Of a DNA stretch of 64,000 nt, positions 1-9,280 are shown in pieces. Each line of letters starts with the position of its first letter. Position 1 is the first letter of the stretch. Position numbers and translations under genes: made by a program. The stretch is from Marispirochaeta sp. GTDB lineage: Bacteria > Spirochaetota > Spirochaetia > JC444 > Marispirochaetaceae. The DNA lies in assembly GCA_963676835.2 (NCBI GenBank), contig CAXXFF010000004.1, positions 128,001 through 192,000 on the forward strand. The letters are read 5' to 3'. The notes under the pieces are model-generated. The model did no database searches and was not told the DNA's origin. It was given only the letters and a program-made list of their open reading frames with translations.

Positions 1-55
1 GGAATAGCGTTGCCGACAGACTTGCTGCCAGCATTATTATCAGAATCTTTTTCAT
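1..55 (-). CDS. 5' part of a CDS running off the left edge (MKKDSDNNAGSKSVGNAI...)
   Basis: ATG at 55-53 with AGGAG upstream; frame stays open to the window edge. Confidence 0.5.
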   Translation of the reverse strand, partial: MKKILIIMLAASLSATLF

Positions 56-82
56 ATTCCGCTCCTGAATATCGGACCCGTC

Positions 83-580
83 TTAAAGCCGCAGTTTTCC
101 CAGGGTACCGCTTGCAATGGATTCACCCATAACAATGCAGATATCGTTTACGGGAGTATCGGGTCTGTCGTTTACATCCTCCGGAACCAGGTCGCCCTGG
201 GTAAGAAGGCCTCCGTCCAGAACACTGTACAGACGGTAACTTGCCTCCCGGGGAGTAAGGGCTTCTTCTTCTGAGACAGGCGCATTCAGGGAAAAATCAA
301 TCTCCAGCAGAAAGTAGGCACCGCCGCTTTTTGCAAGCCTCATGGAAAGCCTTTCCGAGGGAATATCAAGCTTTTCATTGGAGACAACAACACCTGCATT
401 GAAAACAATATGGCCCGCATCAAAGAGGGTTTCCATTACACCATCTTCCAGGGCGGCCTGCAGCTCCACAACTCCGGGTATCTCCGGATTCAGGGAGTTT
501 TTGGTAAACACCAGTACGGTCTCGCCCCAGACGGGCAGGGAAACCATAAGGGCACAGATAAGGATAAGAAGACGATTCAT
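83..580 (-). CDS. Hypothetical exported protein
   Basis: GGAGG RBS before ATG 580; signal-peptide-like MNRLLILICALMVSLPVWG. Confidence 0.75.
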   Translation of the reverse strand: MNRLLILICALMVSLPVWGETVLVFTKNSLNPEIPGVVELQAALEDGVMETLFDAGHIVFNAGVVVSNEKLDIPSERLSMRLAKSGGAYFLLEIDFSLNAPVSEEEALTPREASYRLYSVLDGGLLTQGDLVPEDVNDRPDTPVNDICIVMGESIASGTLGKLRL

Positions 581-597
581 GGATACCTCCGCTTCTA

Positions 598-624
598 GTA
601 TCGACACTAAACAGCTGAGCTTGA
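598..624 (-). promoter_or_regulatory. Putative sigma28 (FliA)-type promoter
   Basis: TCAA-N15-GTCGATAC just upstream of the RBS of the 580 gene; consensus TAAA-N15-GCCGATAA. Confidence 0.45.
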
Positions 625-661
625 TCGCTTTTAAGCATCCGTGGTACGGTGCTTGTCATTC

Positions 662-1237
662 ATGGAATACTTTGTTCTACAGGTACAGACGGGAATGGAA
701 GCCAAGGTTCTCAAACTGGCCCGGACGGAACTCCGGGTAAAAGGACTGACCGAAGAGTTTACCGGCCGGCTCCTGTTTCCCCAGAGGGTACTCCATATCC
801 GCCGGCAGGGAAAAACCCGTAAGGAAAATGCCCCCATCTACCCCGGTTATCTCTTCCTGGAAGCCGAAAAGGTGGAACCCGAAGTCTACTGGGCTCTCCG
901 CCCGGTTAAGGGCATATACAAGTTCCTTAAATCCAATACAGATATTGAACCTCTCCATGGCGAAGATCGCCGTATTCTGGTACACTTTCTTGAGCACGGA
1001 GAGACAGTTGCCCTCTCCAAGGTTGTTTTCGATGAGAACAGCAGGATTGTGGTAAAGGAAGGACCCCTTAAAGGTATGGAAGGCTCCATAGTAAAGGTGG
1101 ACAGACGCAAACGGCGGGCACGGGTGCGGCTGAGCATGTATAAAGACTCGTTTACCGTGGACTTCGGGTTCGAACTTCTGGACAGTGCAACAGAGACAAA
1201 AGAAGATACTCAAGAAGAGACGAAAGCAGAAAAGTAG
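662..1237 (+). CDS. NusG-family antiterminator paralog (LoaP/UpxY-like)
   Basis: NGN domain (YFVLQVQTG...PIYPGYLF) and KOW (VKEGPLKGMEGSIVKVDRRKRRARV); the basic KOW resembles LoaP; it heads a sugar-biosynthesis operon rather than sitting with secE/rplK. Confidence 0.85.
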   Translation: MEYFVLQVQTGMEAKVLKLARTELRVKGLTEEFTGRLLFPQRVLHIRRQGKTRKENAPIYPGYLFLEAEKVEPEVYWALRPVKGIYKFLKSNTDIEPLHGEDRRILVHFLEHGETVALSKVVFDENSRIVVKEGPLKGMEGSIVKVDRRKRRARVRLSMYKDSFTVDFGFELLDSATETKEDTQEETKAEK

Positions 1238-1239
1238 GA

Positions 1240-2715
1240 ATGCAGAAAAACGCCAGGACCTTATTTATCATAGGCGCAGGCTTTGCCGGCCGGGAGATCG
1301 CTGCGGAAATCCGCACCAAGGGCACCTTTGGAAAAGTGGTGGCCTTTCTCGACGACAACCCGGCAAAAATAGGCAGCGAAATAGAAGGCGTTCCGGTTCT
1401 GGGACCGATAAAAAATGTACACCACATTAAACAGGCATGCCCGGCAGATGAAGCCCTTATCGCCATTCCCGGTGCAACCACAGCCCAGCTGAAAACAATC
1501 TACGAAGCCCTGTCATCAGCTGCATTTGAACGGATACGCATTCTGCCTAATCTTGCTCAGATAATCGACGGTGATGCCCACCTTATCCAGACAAGAGAGA
1601 TCGCAGTGGAAGACCTTTTAGGGCGCACCCCGGTGAGGATTCCCCTGAAAGAGACCTTGAGTTACCTCCGGGGCAAGCGGGTACTGATCACCGGAGCCGG
1701 CGGGAGTATCGGCTCTGAGCTTTCGCGGCAGCTTCTTTCCGCCGGCGCCGAGCGTCTCTACCTGCTGGACCACGGCGAGAACAACGTCTACGAGATTGAA
1801 AAAGAGCTGCGGATCCTCCAGGAAGAGGGAGTCGGCGAAAAGGCAACCCTGGTGCCGGTAATCGGTGACCTGAAAGACCGGGATTACACCCGCTTTATTA
1901 TAGAGAGGCTGAAAGCGGATATCGTCTTTCACTGCGCCGCCTACAAACATGTTCCCATGGCCGAGAACAATCCGGTGGAAGTGGTAAAGAACAATGTGTT
2001 CGGTACCCTGAATCTGGTGGAAGCGGTCCGGGACACCGAAACATCCCGTCTGGTGCTTATATCCACCGATAAAGCTGTTGAACCTGCCTATATCTACGGT
2101 GCCTCCAAACTTATCTGCGAAGAGGCGGTAATGTCCGGAAACAACGGCAGTCAGCATTTTATGACCGTACGTTTCGGGAATGTACTGGATTCACGGGGCA
2201 GTATAGTGCCTCTGTTCAAAAAACAGATACTCAAAGGCGGCCCGGTTACCATTACCGATGCCCGGGCCTCGCGGTTTTTCATGACCATTCCCGAAGCGGT
2301 ATCCCTGGTCCTCAAGGCGGGCAGTCTGGGAAGCGGAGGCGAGCTTTACGTACTGGATATGGGTGAACCTGTCCTTATCCGTGAGCTGGCCGAACAGATG
2401 ATCCGCTTCTACGGCTTCGAACCCGGAAGAGATATCGGTATTGAATATATCGGACTCCGGCCGGGAGAAAAACTTGAAGAAAAGCTCTGGTCCGCCGGAG
2501 AGACAAGTGAAGCAACTGATTTTCCCCGGATACTCCGGCTGACTTCCCGTGAAGGCCTCAATGGCGACCTGAGAAGCCTGGTGGAAAAGCTGCACCCTGT
2601 CTGCTATTTCGACAAGGACCGGGCCGATGAATACCGCAACCGGCGTCTTCTGCGCACAATTCTGGCAGAGTACATCCCGGGATTTGAGACAGCCGATGAT
2701 GAACCCAGATACTGA
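1240..2715 (+). CDS. CapD/PglF-like UDP-sugar 4,6-dehydratase lacking the N-terminal transmembrane region
   Basis: IIGAGFAG, EDLLGR, TGAGGSIGSEL, AAYKHVP, STDKAV, YGASK, RFGNVL, GLRPGEKL. Confidence 0.92.
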   Translation: MQKNARTLFIIGAGFAGREIAAEIRTKGTFGKVVAFLDDNPAKIGSEIEGVPVLGPIKNVHHIKQACPADEALIAIPGATTAQLKTIYEALSSAAFERIRILPNLAQIIDGDAHLIQTREIAVEDLLGRTPVRIPLKETLSYLRGKRVLITGAGGSIGSELSRQLLSAGAERLYLLDHGENNVYEIEKELRILQEEGVGEKATLVPVIGDLKDRDYTRFIIERLKADIVFHCAAYKHVPMAENNPVEVVKNNVFGTLNLVEAVRDTETSRLVLISTDKAVEPAYIYGASKLICEEAVMSGNNGSQHFMTVRFGNVLDSRGSIVPLFKKQILKGGPVTITDARASRFFMTIPEAVSLVLKAGSLGSGGELYVLDMGEPVLIRELAEQMIRFYGFEPGRDIGIEYIGLRPGEKLEEKLWSAGETSEATDFPRILRLTSREGLNGDLRSLVEKLHPVCYFDKDRADEYRNRRLLRTILAEYIPGFETADDEPRY

Positions 2716-3868
2716 TTTCCTGCCCTTCGCCCTCCCCTCTCTTGGAAAAGAGGAAGAAGAGGCGGCCCTGCGGGTAATACGCTCCGGATGGCTTACCACC
2801 GGAAGAGAGACCGCCGCCTTTGAAGAAGAATTTGCCCGCAAGGTCGGAGCCCGCTTCGCTCTGGCCCTGAACTCAGCCACCGCAGGCCTGCACCTCGGGC
2901 TGGAAGCCCTCGGCATCGGCCCGGAAAGTACAATTATAACCACACCCTACACCTTTACCGCCACAGCCGAAGCTGCCCGGTACATGGGGGCACGGATTGT
3001 CTTCTGCGATATCGGGCCTTCAGGTTTCAATATGGACCCGGAAATGCTGGAACAGTGTTTTAAACAATGCCGGGCCGAAGGGATGAATGTTCAGGCTGTA
3101 CTGCCTGTGCATATAGGCGGCGAACCATGCGGAATGACTGCAATTATGGAGCTTGCCCGGCAGTACGGGGCAGCGGTGCTGGAAGATGCGGCCCATGCCT
3201 TTCCGGTAAAATCAGACGACGGCAAATGGACCGGAACATCCGGTAATGCCGGGGTCTACTCATTCTACGCCACCAAGACCATTACCACCGGAGAGGGGGG
3301 CATGCTGGTGACCGATGACGAGGATCTCGCAGCCCGGGTACGGGTGATGCGGCTCCACGGCATAGACAGAACCATCTGGGACCGCTACACCTCTGCCTCT
3401 TCCGGCTGGAGCTACAGTGTTGTGGAAGCAGGCTACAAGTACAACATGACCGACCTTGCCGCTGCCATCGGCAGGGAGCAGCTGAAAAAAGCTGACCTGT
3501 TCCTGGAACAGCGGAGATATATTGCAGCCCGGTACCGGGAATCAATGGACGGACTGCCCGGGCTTATTCTGCCTGAAGACAAGGAAGAGCATGCCTGGCA
3601 CCTCTTTATTATCGGACTGTCCCCTGAAGCCGGAATAAGCCGGGATGCAATGATAGAAGCTTTGAGAAAACAGGGCGTCGGCACTTCGGTCCATTATATT
3701 CCCCTCCATGTAATGCCCTATTACCGCGAGCTCTACAAGCTTGAACCCGGAGATTTCCCCAATGCCTGGGAGAGGTATAAAAAATCCTTAAGTCTGCCGA
3801 TTTTTCCCGGTATGACCGACAGCCAGGTTGACAGAGTTATTGAGGCGGTCAAGAATAGTCTCGTATAA
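2696..3868 (+). CDS. DegT/DnrJ/EryC1/StrS PLP-dependent sugar aminotransferase
   Basis: SGWLTTG, EDAAHA, SFYATKTITTGEGGM, GYKYNMTD. Confidence 0.93.
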   Translation: MMNPDTDFLPFALPSLGKEEEEAALRVIRSGWLTTGRETAAFEEEFARKVGARFALALNSATAGLHLGLEALGIGPESTIITTPYTFTATAEAARYMGARIVFCDIGPSGFNMDPEMLEQCFKQCRAEGMNVQAVLPVHIGGEPCGMTAIMELARQYGAAVLEDAAHAFPVKSDDGKWTGTSGNAGVYSFYATKTITTGEGGMLVTDDEDLAARVRVMRLHGIDRTIWDRYTSASSGWSYSVVEAGYKYNMTDLAAAIGREQLKKADLFLEQRRYIAARYRESMDGLPGLILPEDKEEHAWHLFIIGLSPEAGISRDAMIEALRKQGVGTSVHYIPLHVMPYYRELYKLEPGDFPNAWERYKKSLSLPIFPGMTDSQVDRVIEAVKNSLV

Positions 3869-3880
3869 TAAACGGAGACT

Positions 3881-5914
3881 ATGGACCGCCGAAACATCAA
3901 GTACATCGACGATTATTTTGACTCACCCATGCTGCATCTGAAGATTTACCGCTCTTCCATTTCGCGGGGGTTTATCAGCCGTATTTCATATCCGGATCCT
4001 CCAGAAGGGATTTTGGTTCTTGGAGCCCAGGATATTCCCGGAGAAAACAGTCTTGAACTGGCCGCAGAAAGCAGAATGCCCCTGCTGGCAGAGGGAGAAA
4101 TCAAATATCAGGGACAGCCTGTTCTACTCATTGGTGGAGAAAATCCTGCCGAGGTGGAAGCCTTTATGCAGGCCATAGAGGTATCCTGCTACGGTATTAC
4201 CGACATGCCCGATTTTTCCCGCCCCGACGAGGCGGAAACCATAATGGAAACCCGCTTCACCGAGGGCAGGGCTCCTGCAAAGAAGCAGAAAGAACTCCGG
4301 ACACAAACAGAAGAGTACTTCATCGAAGAGACCCTTCCCTGGACCATAGATACCCAGGGAGGATATGCCTGCTTTGAGGAGGGCCGTCTTACGGTCTACT
4401 CTTCAACCCAGTGGCTCCACCATGTGCACAAGAGTGTCGCATCCGTTCTGGCGATTCCAGGGAAAGAGCTGACAGTTCGCCGGACTGCCTATTCGGCCCA
4501 GTTTGAAGAGAAGCTCTGGTATCCCTCTATTCTCGCCTGTTATGCGGCCCTTGCCGCCAGGCTCAGCGGTAAATCATCCAGACTTGTGCTGATGCCCAGG
4601 GAGAGGCTTTTCTTCGGGCCCCGGGGAACACCTTTAAGAATCCGGCATACCAGCAGTCTCGATGAGAAAGGTAAGGTTCAATCCTCCCGGGTTGCAATAG
4701 ATCTCGAATCGGGAGCTTTTTCCGTCTACTCGGAAGAAGTTCTTAAACGGGCGGCCCTGGCTTCGGTGGGGACTTACCGCAGCAGGCATACAACGGTAAG
4801 TGCCCGGTTGATAGAAACCCCCAGACGCCCTCTGGACTTTTCCCCGGGAGCAGGCGTTGCGGGATGCTTCTTTGCCTCGGAACTCCATGCCGAAGGAATG
4901 GCTGCAGAAGCAGGCACAGATCCTCTAACCTGGCGCCTGGAGAATCTGAGCGAAGCCGCAGAACCCCTGGCAGCGCTTCTTCAGAGAGTGGCGGACGAGT
5001 CGGATTTCCGCCGCAGATATGCGGCATACGAACTGGTAAAACAGCGGAGAGAGACCGCCGGATGCGGTTCACAGCCCATGAGGGGCATCGGAATAGCTGC
5101 GGTCTATCAGGGAAACGGCTTTTTCGGTCTTGGCGAAGAAGCGGGAAAATTCAAGGTGACCGCCAGACTGGAATCCGAAGGTGATCTCTACATCTACACC
5201 TCCGGGCTTTCCGGAATGCACCGCACATCCTCTCTGGCCCGCCGCCGTGCCGCGGAAATTCTCGGTATTCCCAGGGAGGGAGTACATATTATAAACGACG
5301 ATACCGACCTTGTACCGGAAAGCGGGCCCTCCGGCCTCTCCCGGAACATCACTATAGTCTACCGGCTGGTTGAGCGCTGCTGCGAAGGCATAAAGAAAAA
5401 ACGCTTCCGCAACCCTCTGCCCATAGAGGTGTCCCGCTCCTTCCGGCTGCCGGCCAAAAACCGCTGGGATGAGAAAAGCCTCAGCGGCAATCCCTATACC
5501 GCAAAATCCTGGGCCGCCTGTGTGGTGGAAATTGAGATGACCCCGGTGCTGCTTGAGCCTTCGGTACGGGGAATATGGGCCGCCATGGACTGCGGAGAGA
5601 TAGTCCACCGTCACAGAGCGGAGAGCTCGCTGGAAACAGGAATACTCCATGCTGTCGAGAGCTGCGGTTTTGACCTCAAGGAGAAGGTAGACCGGGGGAA
5701 TCCCTTTTTTCTCCCCGAATTCAGACATCTTCCGCCGATCCACCTCAGCTTCAACCGTAATTCCCTGCAGAAGTTTCCTTCCGGAATTGGAGATCTGCCC
5801 CATATTATGGTACCGCCGGCCTATGCTTCAGCCCTGAATCAGGCTGCGGGAGTGCGGTTTACCCATTTTCCTCTTTCACCCCGTAAAATACACCAGTTCA
5901 TGGAGGAAAAATGA
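3881..5914 (+). CDS. Xanthine dehydrogenase/CoxL-like large subunit with degenerate Moco motifs
   Basis: N-terminal YIDD...RS...DIPGEN, GQPV, SSTQ, DTDLVP, DCGEIV; Moco-binding motifs altered (see findings). Confidence 0.8.
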   Translation: MDRRNIKYIDDYFDSPMLHLKIYRSSISRGFISRISYPDPPEGILVLGAQDIPGENSLELAAESRMPLLAEGEIKYQGQPVLLIGGENPAEVEAFMQAIEVSCYGITDMPDFSRPDEAETIMETRFTEGRAPAKKQKELRTQTEEYFIEETLPWTIDTQGGYACFEEGRLTVYSSTQWLHHVHKSVASVLAIPGKELTVRRTAYSAQFEEKLWYPSILACYAALAARLSGKSSRLVLMPRERLFFGPRGTPLRIRHTSSLDEKGKVQSSRVAIDLESGAFSVYSEEVLKRAALASVGTYRSRHTTVSARLIETPRRPLDFSPGAGVAGCFFASELHAEGMAAEAGTDPLTWRLENLSEAAEPLAALLQRVADESDFRRRYAAYELVKQRRETAGCGSQPMRGIGIAAVYQGNGFFGLGEEAGKFKVTARLESEGDLYIYTSGLSGMHRTSSLARRRAAEILGIPREGVHIINDDTDLVPESGPSGLSRNITIVYRLVERCCEGIKKKRFRNPLPIEVSRSFRLPAKNRWDEKSLSGNPYTAKSWAACVVEIEMTPVLLEPSVRGIWAAMDCGEIVHRHRAESSLETGILHAVESCGFDLKEKVDRGNPFFLPEFRHLPPIHLSFNRNSLQKFPSGIGDLPHIMVPPAYASALNQAAGVRFTHFPLSPRKIHQFMEEK

Positions 5915-6390
5915 AGATAGAGTTTATCCTCAATGGATCCCCGGTCTCCCTGGACATTGAGTCCGACAAGCTGCTTATCGATCTTCTGCGCAACCGCTTC
6001 AATCTTATAGGTACCCATGCGGGCTGCAGAACCGGCGAATGCGGAGCCTGTATTGTACTGGTAAACGGAGAAATCTTTCATGCCTGTCTGCTGCCCATGT
6101 TTAAAGTGCGCGGCACCCGGGTAACCACTATAGAGGGCTTTGCCAGACAGCATGCCTACCGGGAGATCCTTGCAGGATTCAGGGAAGCAGGATTAAGCCC
6201 ATGCCGCTTCTGCGCTCCAGGACGCATACTGGTTACCCACTCCCTGCTTGAGCACTCCTCAAATCCGGAGGAAGAGGAAATTACCGAGGCATTCCGGGCC
6301 GTAAAATGCCGCTGCACCGACCCGAGAACCTACCAGAAAGCCGTCCAGTATGCCGGGCGCCTGAGAAGGAACAAACACCGTGTCGGCTGA
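5911..6390 (+). CDS. CoxS/XdhC-like 2x[2Fe-2S] subunit
   Basis: GCRTGECGAC...C and CRFC...CRC; TTIEG. Confidence 0.9.
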   Translation: MKIEFILNGSPVSLDIESDKLLIDLLRNRFNLIGTHAGCRTGECGACIVLVNGEIFHACLLPMFKVRGTRVTTIEGFARQHAYREILAGFREAGLSPCRFCAPGRILVTHSLLEHSSNPEEEEITEAFRAVKCRCTDPRTYQKAVQYAGRLRRNKHRVG

Positions 6391-7249
6391 ACTGCGCAGG
6401 GAACAGCGGCCTAAAAAAGTATTCACCCCGGCGGGCCTCACAGATATGCTCAACTATTATCGTGATCATCCCCGGGCTGTACCCTTCGCCGGCGGGACCT
6501 ATCTCCTGCTCACCCGGGATCTGGTCAAAAACCAAGTGTACAATGAGCTGATAGAAACAAGCAGAGTTCCAGAACTCAACCATATAAGCCGCACCGAACG
6601 CTACATGGAAATAGGCGCGGCAGTCCCCATCAGCAGGATTCTCCGTACAGGTCGTCATGTCATGCCCAGAGCACTCTATTCAGCACTCAGCCAGATAGGC
6701 GGACCGGCACTGCGCAACCAGGCAACCCTGGGAGGAAACCTCTGCAGCCCGGAACACCGGCTTTCCATATACCCCATACTGCTGCTTCTGGATGTCCGGC
6801 TGGAGCTGCGCCGTTCAGGCGGCAGCCGTTGGGTTAATCTTAACCGTTTTATCAATTCCGAAGGACGGCCTATCTTTGAAGCAGGAGAACTGCTGACCCG
6901 CATCCGGATTCCCTTTCTCAGCTGGGATGTGGAGGAGTTCCGTCAGCAGGAGCGGATTTTCTCATCTGATCATTTTATTTTCTGCGGTATAGCAAGCCGC
7001 CAGAAAGAGATCCTCAGCGATCTGCGAACCTGCTTCTGCCTGGGTAACAAGCAGGTTATCCGGGCCCGTAACGTCGAGGCCGAACTGATCGGCCGCAGAC
7101 TCCCCCTGCCGGAGGACGACCGCCGGGAAACCGCCCTTATTCTGCAGCACCAGATAGAGAGAAACCACCCCGACCTGGATCCTTTTCAGGCGGAACGGAT
7201 ACGGCGCAATATGAACTGGTTCATGCAGCGCCTGAATGAATCAATCTGA
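6380..7249 (+). CDS. CoxM/XdhB-like FAD-binding subunit
   Basis: AGGTYL, IGAAV, LRNQATLGGNL, GELLTRIRIP. Confidence 0.88.
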   Translation: MSAELRREQRPKKVFTPAGLTDMLNYYRDHPRAVPFAGGTYLLLTRDLVKNQVYNELIETSRVPELNHISRTERYMEIGAAVPISRILRTGRHVMPRALYSALSQIGGPALRNQATLGGNLCSPEHRLSIYPILLLLDVRLELRRSGGSRWVNLNRFINSEGRPIFEAGELLTRIRIPFLSWDVEEFRQQERIFSSDHFIFCGIASRQKEILSDLRTCFCLGNKQVIRARNVEAELIGRRLPLPEDDRRETALILQHQIERNHPDLDPFQAERIRRNMNWFMQRLNESI

Positions 7250-9251
7250 TCCGGAGCAGCAGATGACCGCAGAAACCCAGAAAGAAAAAACCTACAGACC
7301 ATTAAGCACGATTGAGATCAGGCGGCTGGAAGAACGGGGATCGGTCTGCACAGACTGGCAGCAGGTAATTGTTGAATCCCCCTTTGACCCGGAAAAAGTC
7401 AGCGGCTGCATCTTCAGGGGTGATGTTAGAATAGGCGCCATGAGAGAATCTGCGGTATCCGACGGGGACCTCAGCCTCCCCTCAGGTCTGTACCAGAGCA
7501 CCCTGGAAAACTGCACTATCGGTGCTGATTCTGCTCTGCACAGGGTCGGGTATTGCAGGGATTACTCCATCGGAGACAGAGTGCTGCTCTCTTCGGTCAG
7601 CGAACTCACCGCCAGTCCACGACGAAAAACCCCTCGTACAAAGCTGCCGTTCTCTTTATCCGTAATGAACGAAGCAGGGGGCAGAGAGATTTTCCCCCTC
7701 CCGGGTATGACTACTGCCATGGCCTGGGCCTGGGCAAAGTTCAGAGACAGGCTGGATTTTGTCACCGCCATGGAAAACAGTGCTCTTGCCTGGCTCAACA
7801 GCCGGCAGGGAACCTTCCCGGCATATATTGCTAATGGCGCGTCCTTAAGAAACTGTGGAGGCCTCCGCGACTCCTGCATAGGCCCCGGGAGTAGAATTAA
7901 GGGAGTCGGAAGTATTCAGGCTGTTTTTATCGACTCCAGCGAAGAGAGCCCCGTAATCATCGGCACCGGAACCTGCCTGGAGAATGGCGTTATCTCTCCC
8001 GGGTGCAGCGTTGAGAGGGGTTCCACGCTGCTTCGCTTCTTTCTTGCAGAAAATGTATCCATCGACCTGAATGCCCGGATTGTCGACACATGGGTTGGAG
8101 ACAACAGCCATATCGCATGCTGTGAAGTACGCTCAAGCCTGCTTTTTCCCGGCCATGAGCAGCATCACAACAACTCATTTCTCATTGCAGCGGAGCTTCA
8201 GGGAATGTCCAATATCGCCGCCGGGGCCACCATCGGTTCAAACCACAACAGCAGGGCTGCGGATAACGAGCTGAGTGCCGCCAGGGGATTCTGGCCGGGA
8301 CTCTGTACCAGCCTGAAACACCCGAGCCGTTTCAGCTCTTTCTGCCTTATAGCCAAAGGGGATTATCCCTCAGAGCTGAATATTCCCCTGCCCTTTTCCC
8401 TGCTCAACAATAACACTGCAGAGAATACCCTCGAGATTATGCCTGCCTACTGGTGGATCTACAACAAATACGCCCTGTTTCGAAACAGCTATAAGGTTCG
8501 ATCCAGAGATCACCGGGTACATAAAAGGCAGACTGTAACCAGTAGTTTTCTGGCTCCGGATACGGCGGATGAGATACTCAGAGCATTGGAGCTGCTCTCC
8601 GCTGCTGGAGAATCTCATAGATACGAACGTTCGCGACGGGAGGTGAAGGTACTTAAAAAGAGCCGGGCAATTGAGGCCTACAGGGAAATGCTCAGCCTGT
8701 ATGCCGCAGAAAGCATCAGCCGATGGATCCAGGCTGAAGAGCCGAAATCCTGGAATGAGGTGTTACAGAAACTTGAAAGCGAAAAAATTTCCGGCTGGCT
8801 GAATTTTGGAGGAGAGATAAGCTCTGCGTTAAGGGTGCAGACCTTTATTTCCCGGACAGCCTCAGGCGAGCTTGATTCTCTGGAGAAACAGATCGGATAT
8901 CTCAACGGACATGCCGCGGAAGAAAACAGTGCAAGGGCCTCTCATGGATTAGCAGTTTTCTCTTATCTGCTGAAAAAACAGGGGGTAGAAACAGAAAAGA
9001 CCAGCCCATCTTTAAAGGACTGGAACTCCCTGCTAACTTCTGCAACCGGGATTCTAACGACCATCGAGAAAGAAGTGGTGCAGAAACGAACAGAGGATTT
9101 TTCCGATCCCTTCCGTACCGCTCTTTACCGCTGCGAGGCCGAAAAGAGCGCAGTACTGGGAGATCCGCGAAAGAATTCCTTTGCTGAAGGAATACACAAG
9201 GAAAACAATCTGTTACGCAGACAGTTTGCAGCAGCTTCTTTGCGTTCCTGA
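7236..9251 (+). CDS. DUF4954-like protein (hexapeptide/beta-helix region)
   Basis: NEAGGREI, HIACCEV, HEQHHNNSFLIA, IGSNHNSR, RGFWPGLC motifs recalled for DUF4954. Confidence 0.75.
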   Translation: MNQSDPEQQMTAETQKEKTYRPLSTIEIRRLEERGSVCTDWQQVIVESPFDPEKVSGCIFRGDVRIGAMRESAVSDGDLSLPSGLYQSTLENCTIGADSALHRVGYCRDYSIGDRVLLSSVSELTASPRRKTPRTKLPFSLSVMNEAGGREIFPLPGMTTAMAWAWAKFRDRLDFVTAMENSALAWLNSRQGTFPAYIANGASLRNCGGLRDSCIGPGSRIKGVGSIQAVFIDSSEESPVIIGTGTCLENGVISPGCSVERGSTLLRFFLAENVSIDLNARIVDTWVGDNSHIACCEVRSSLLFPGHEQHHNNSFLIAAELQGMSNIAAGATIGSNHNSRAADNELSAARGFWPGLCTSLKHPSRFSSFCLIAKGDYPSELNIPLPFSLLNNNTAENTLEIMPAYWWIYNKYALFRNSYKVRSRDHRVHKRQTVTSSFLAPDTADEILRALELLSAAGESHRYERSRREVKVLKKSRAIEAYREMLSLYAAESISRWIQAEEPKSWNEVLQKLESEKISGWLNFGGEISSALRVQTFISRTASGELDSLEKQIGYLNGHAAEENSARASHGLAVFSYLLKKQGVETEKTSPSLKDWNSLLTSATGILTTIEKEVVQKRTEDFSDPFRTALYRCEAEKSAVLGDPRKNSFAEGIHKENNLLRRQFAAASLRS

Positions 9252-9280
9252 TTTCTTAACTGCCCGAAGACACAGAAGGA

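Noticed and set aside
2191..2943. 250-aa minus-strand ORF
   Set aside because: Antisense to the dehydratase and aminotransferase genes; low-complexity shadow frame
3881..5914. Calling the XDH-like large subunit a pseudogene
   Set aside because: No stops or frameshifts, near full length, and translationally coupled to intact partner genes
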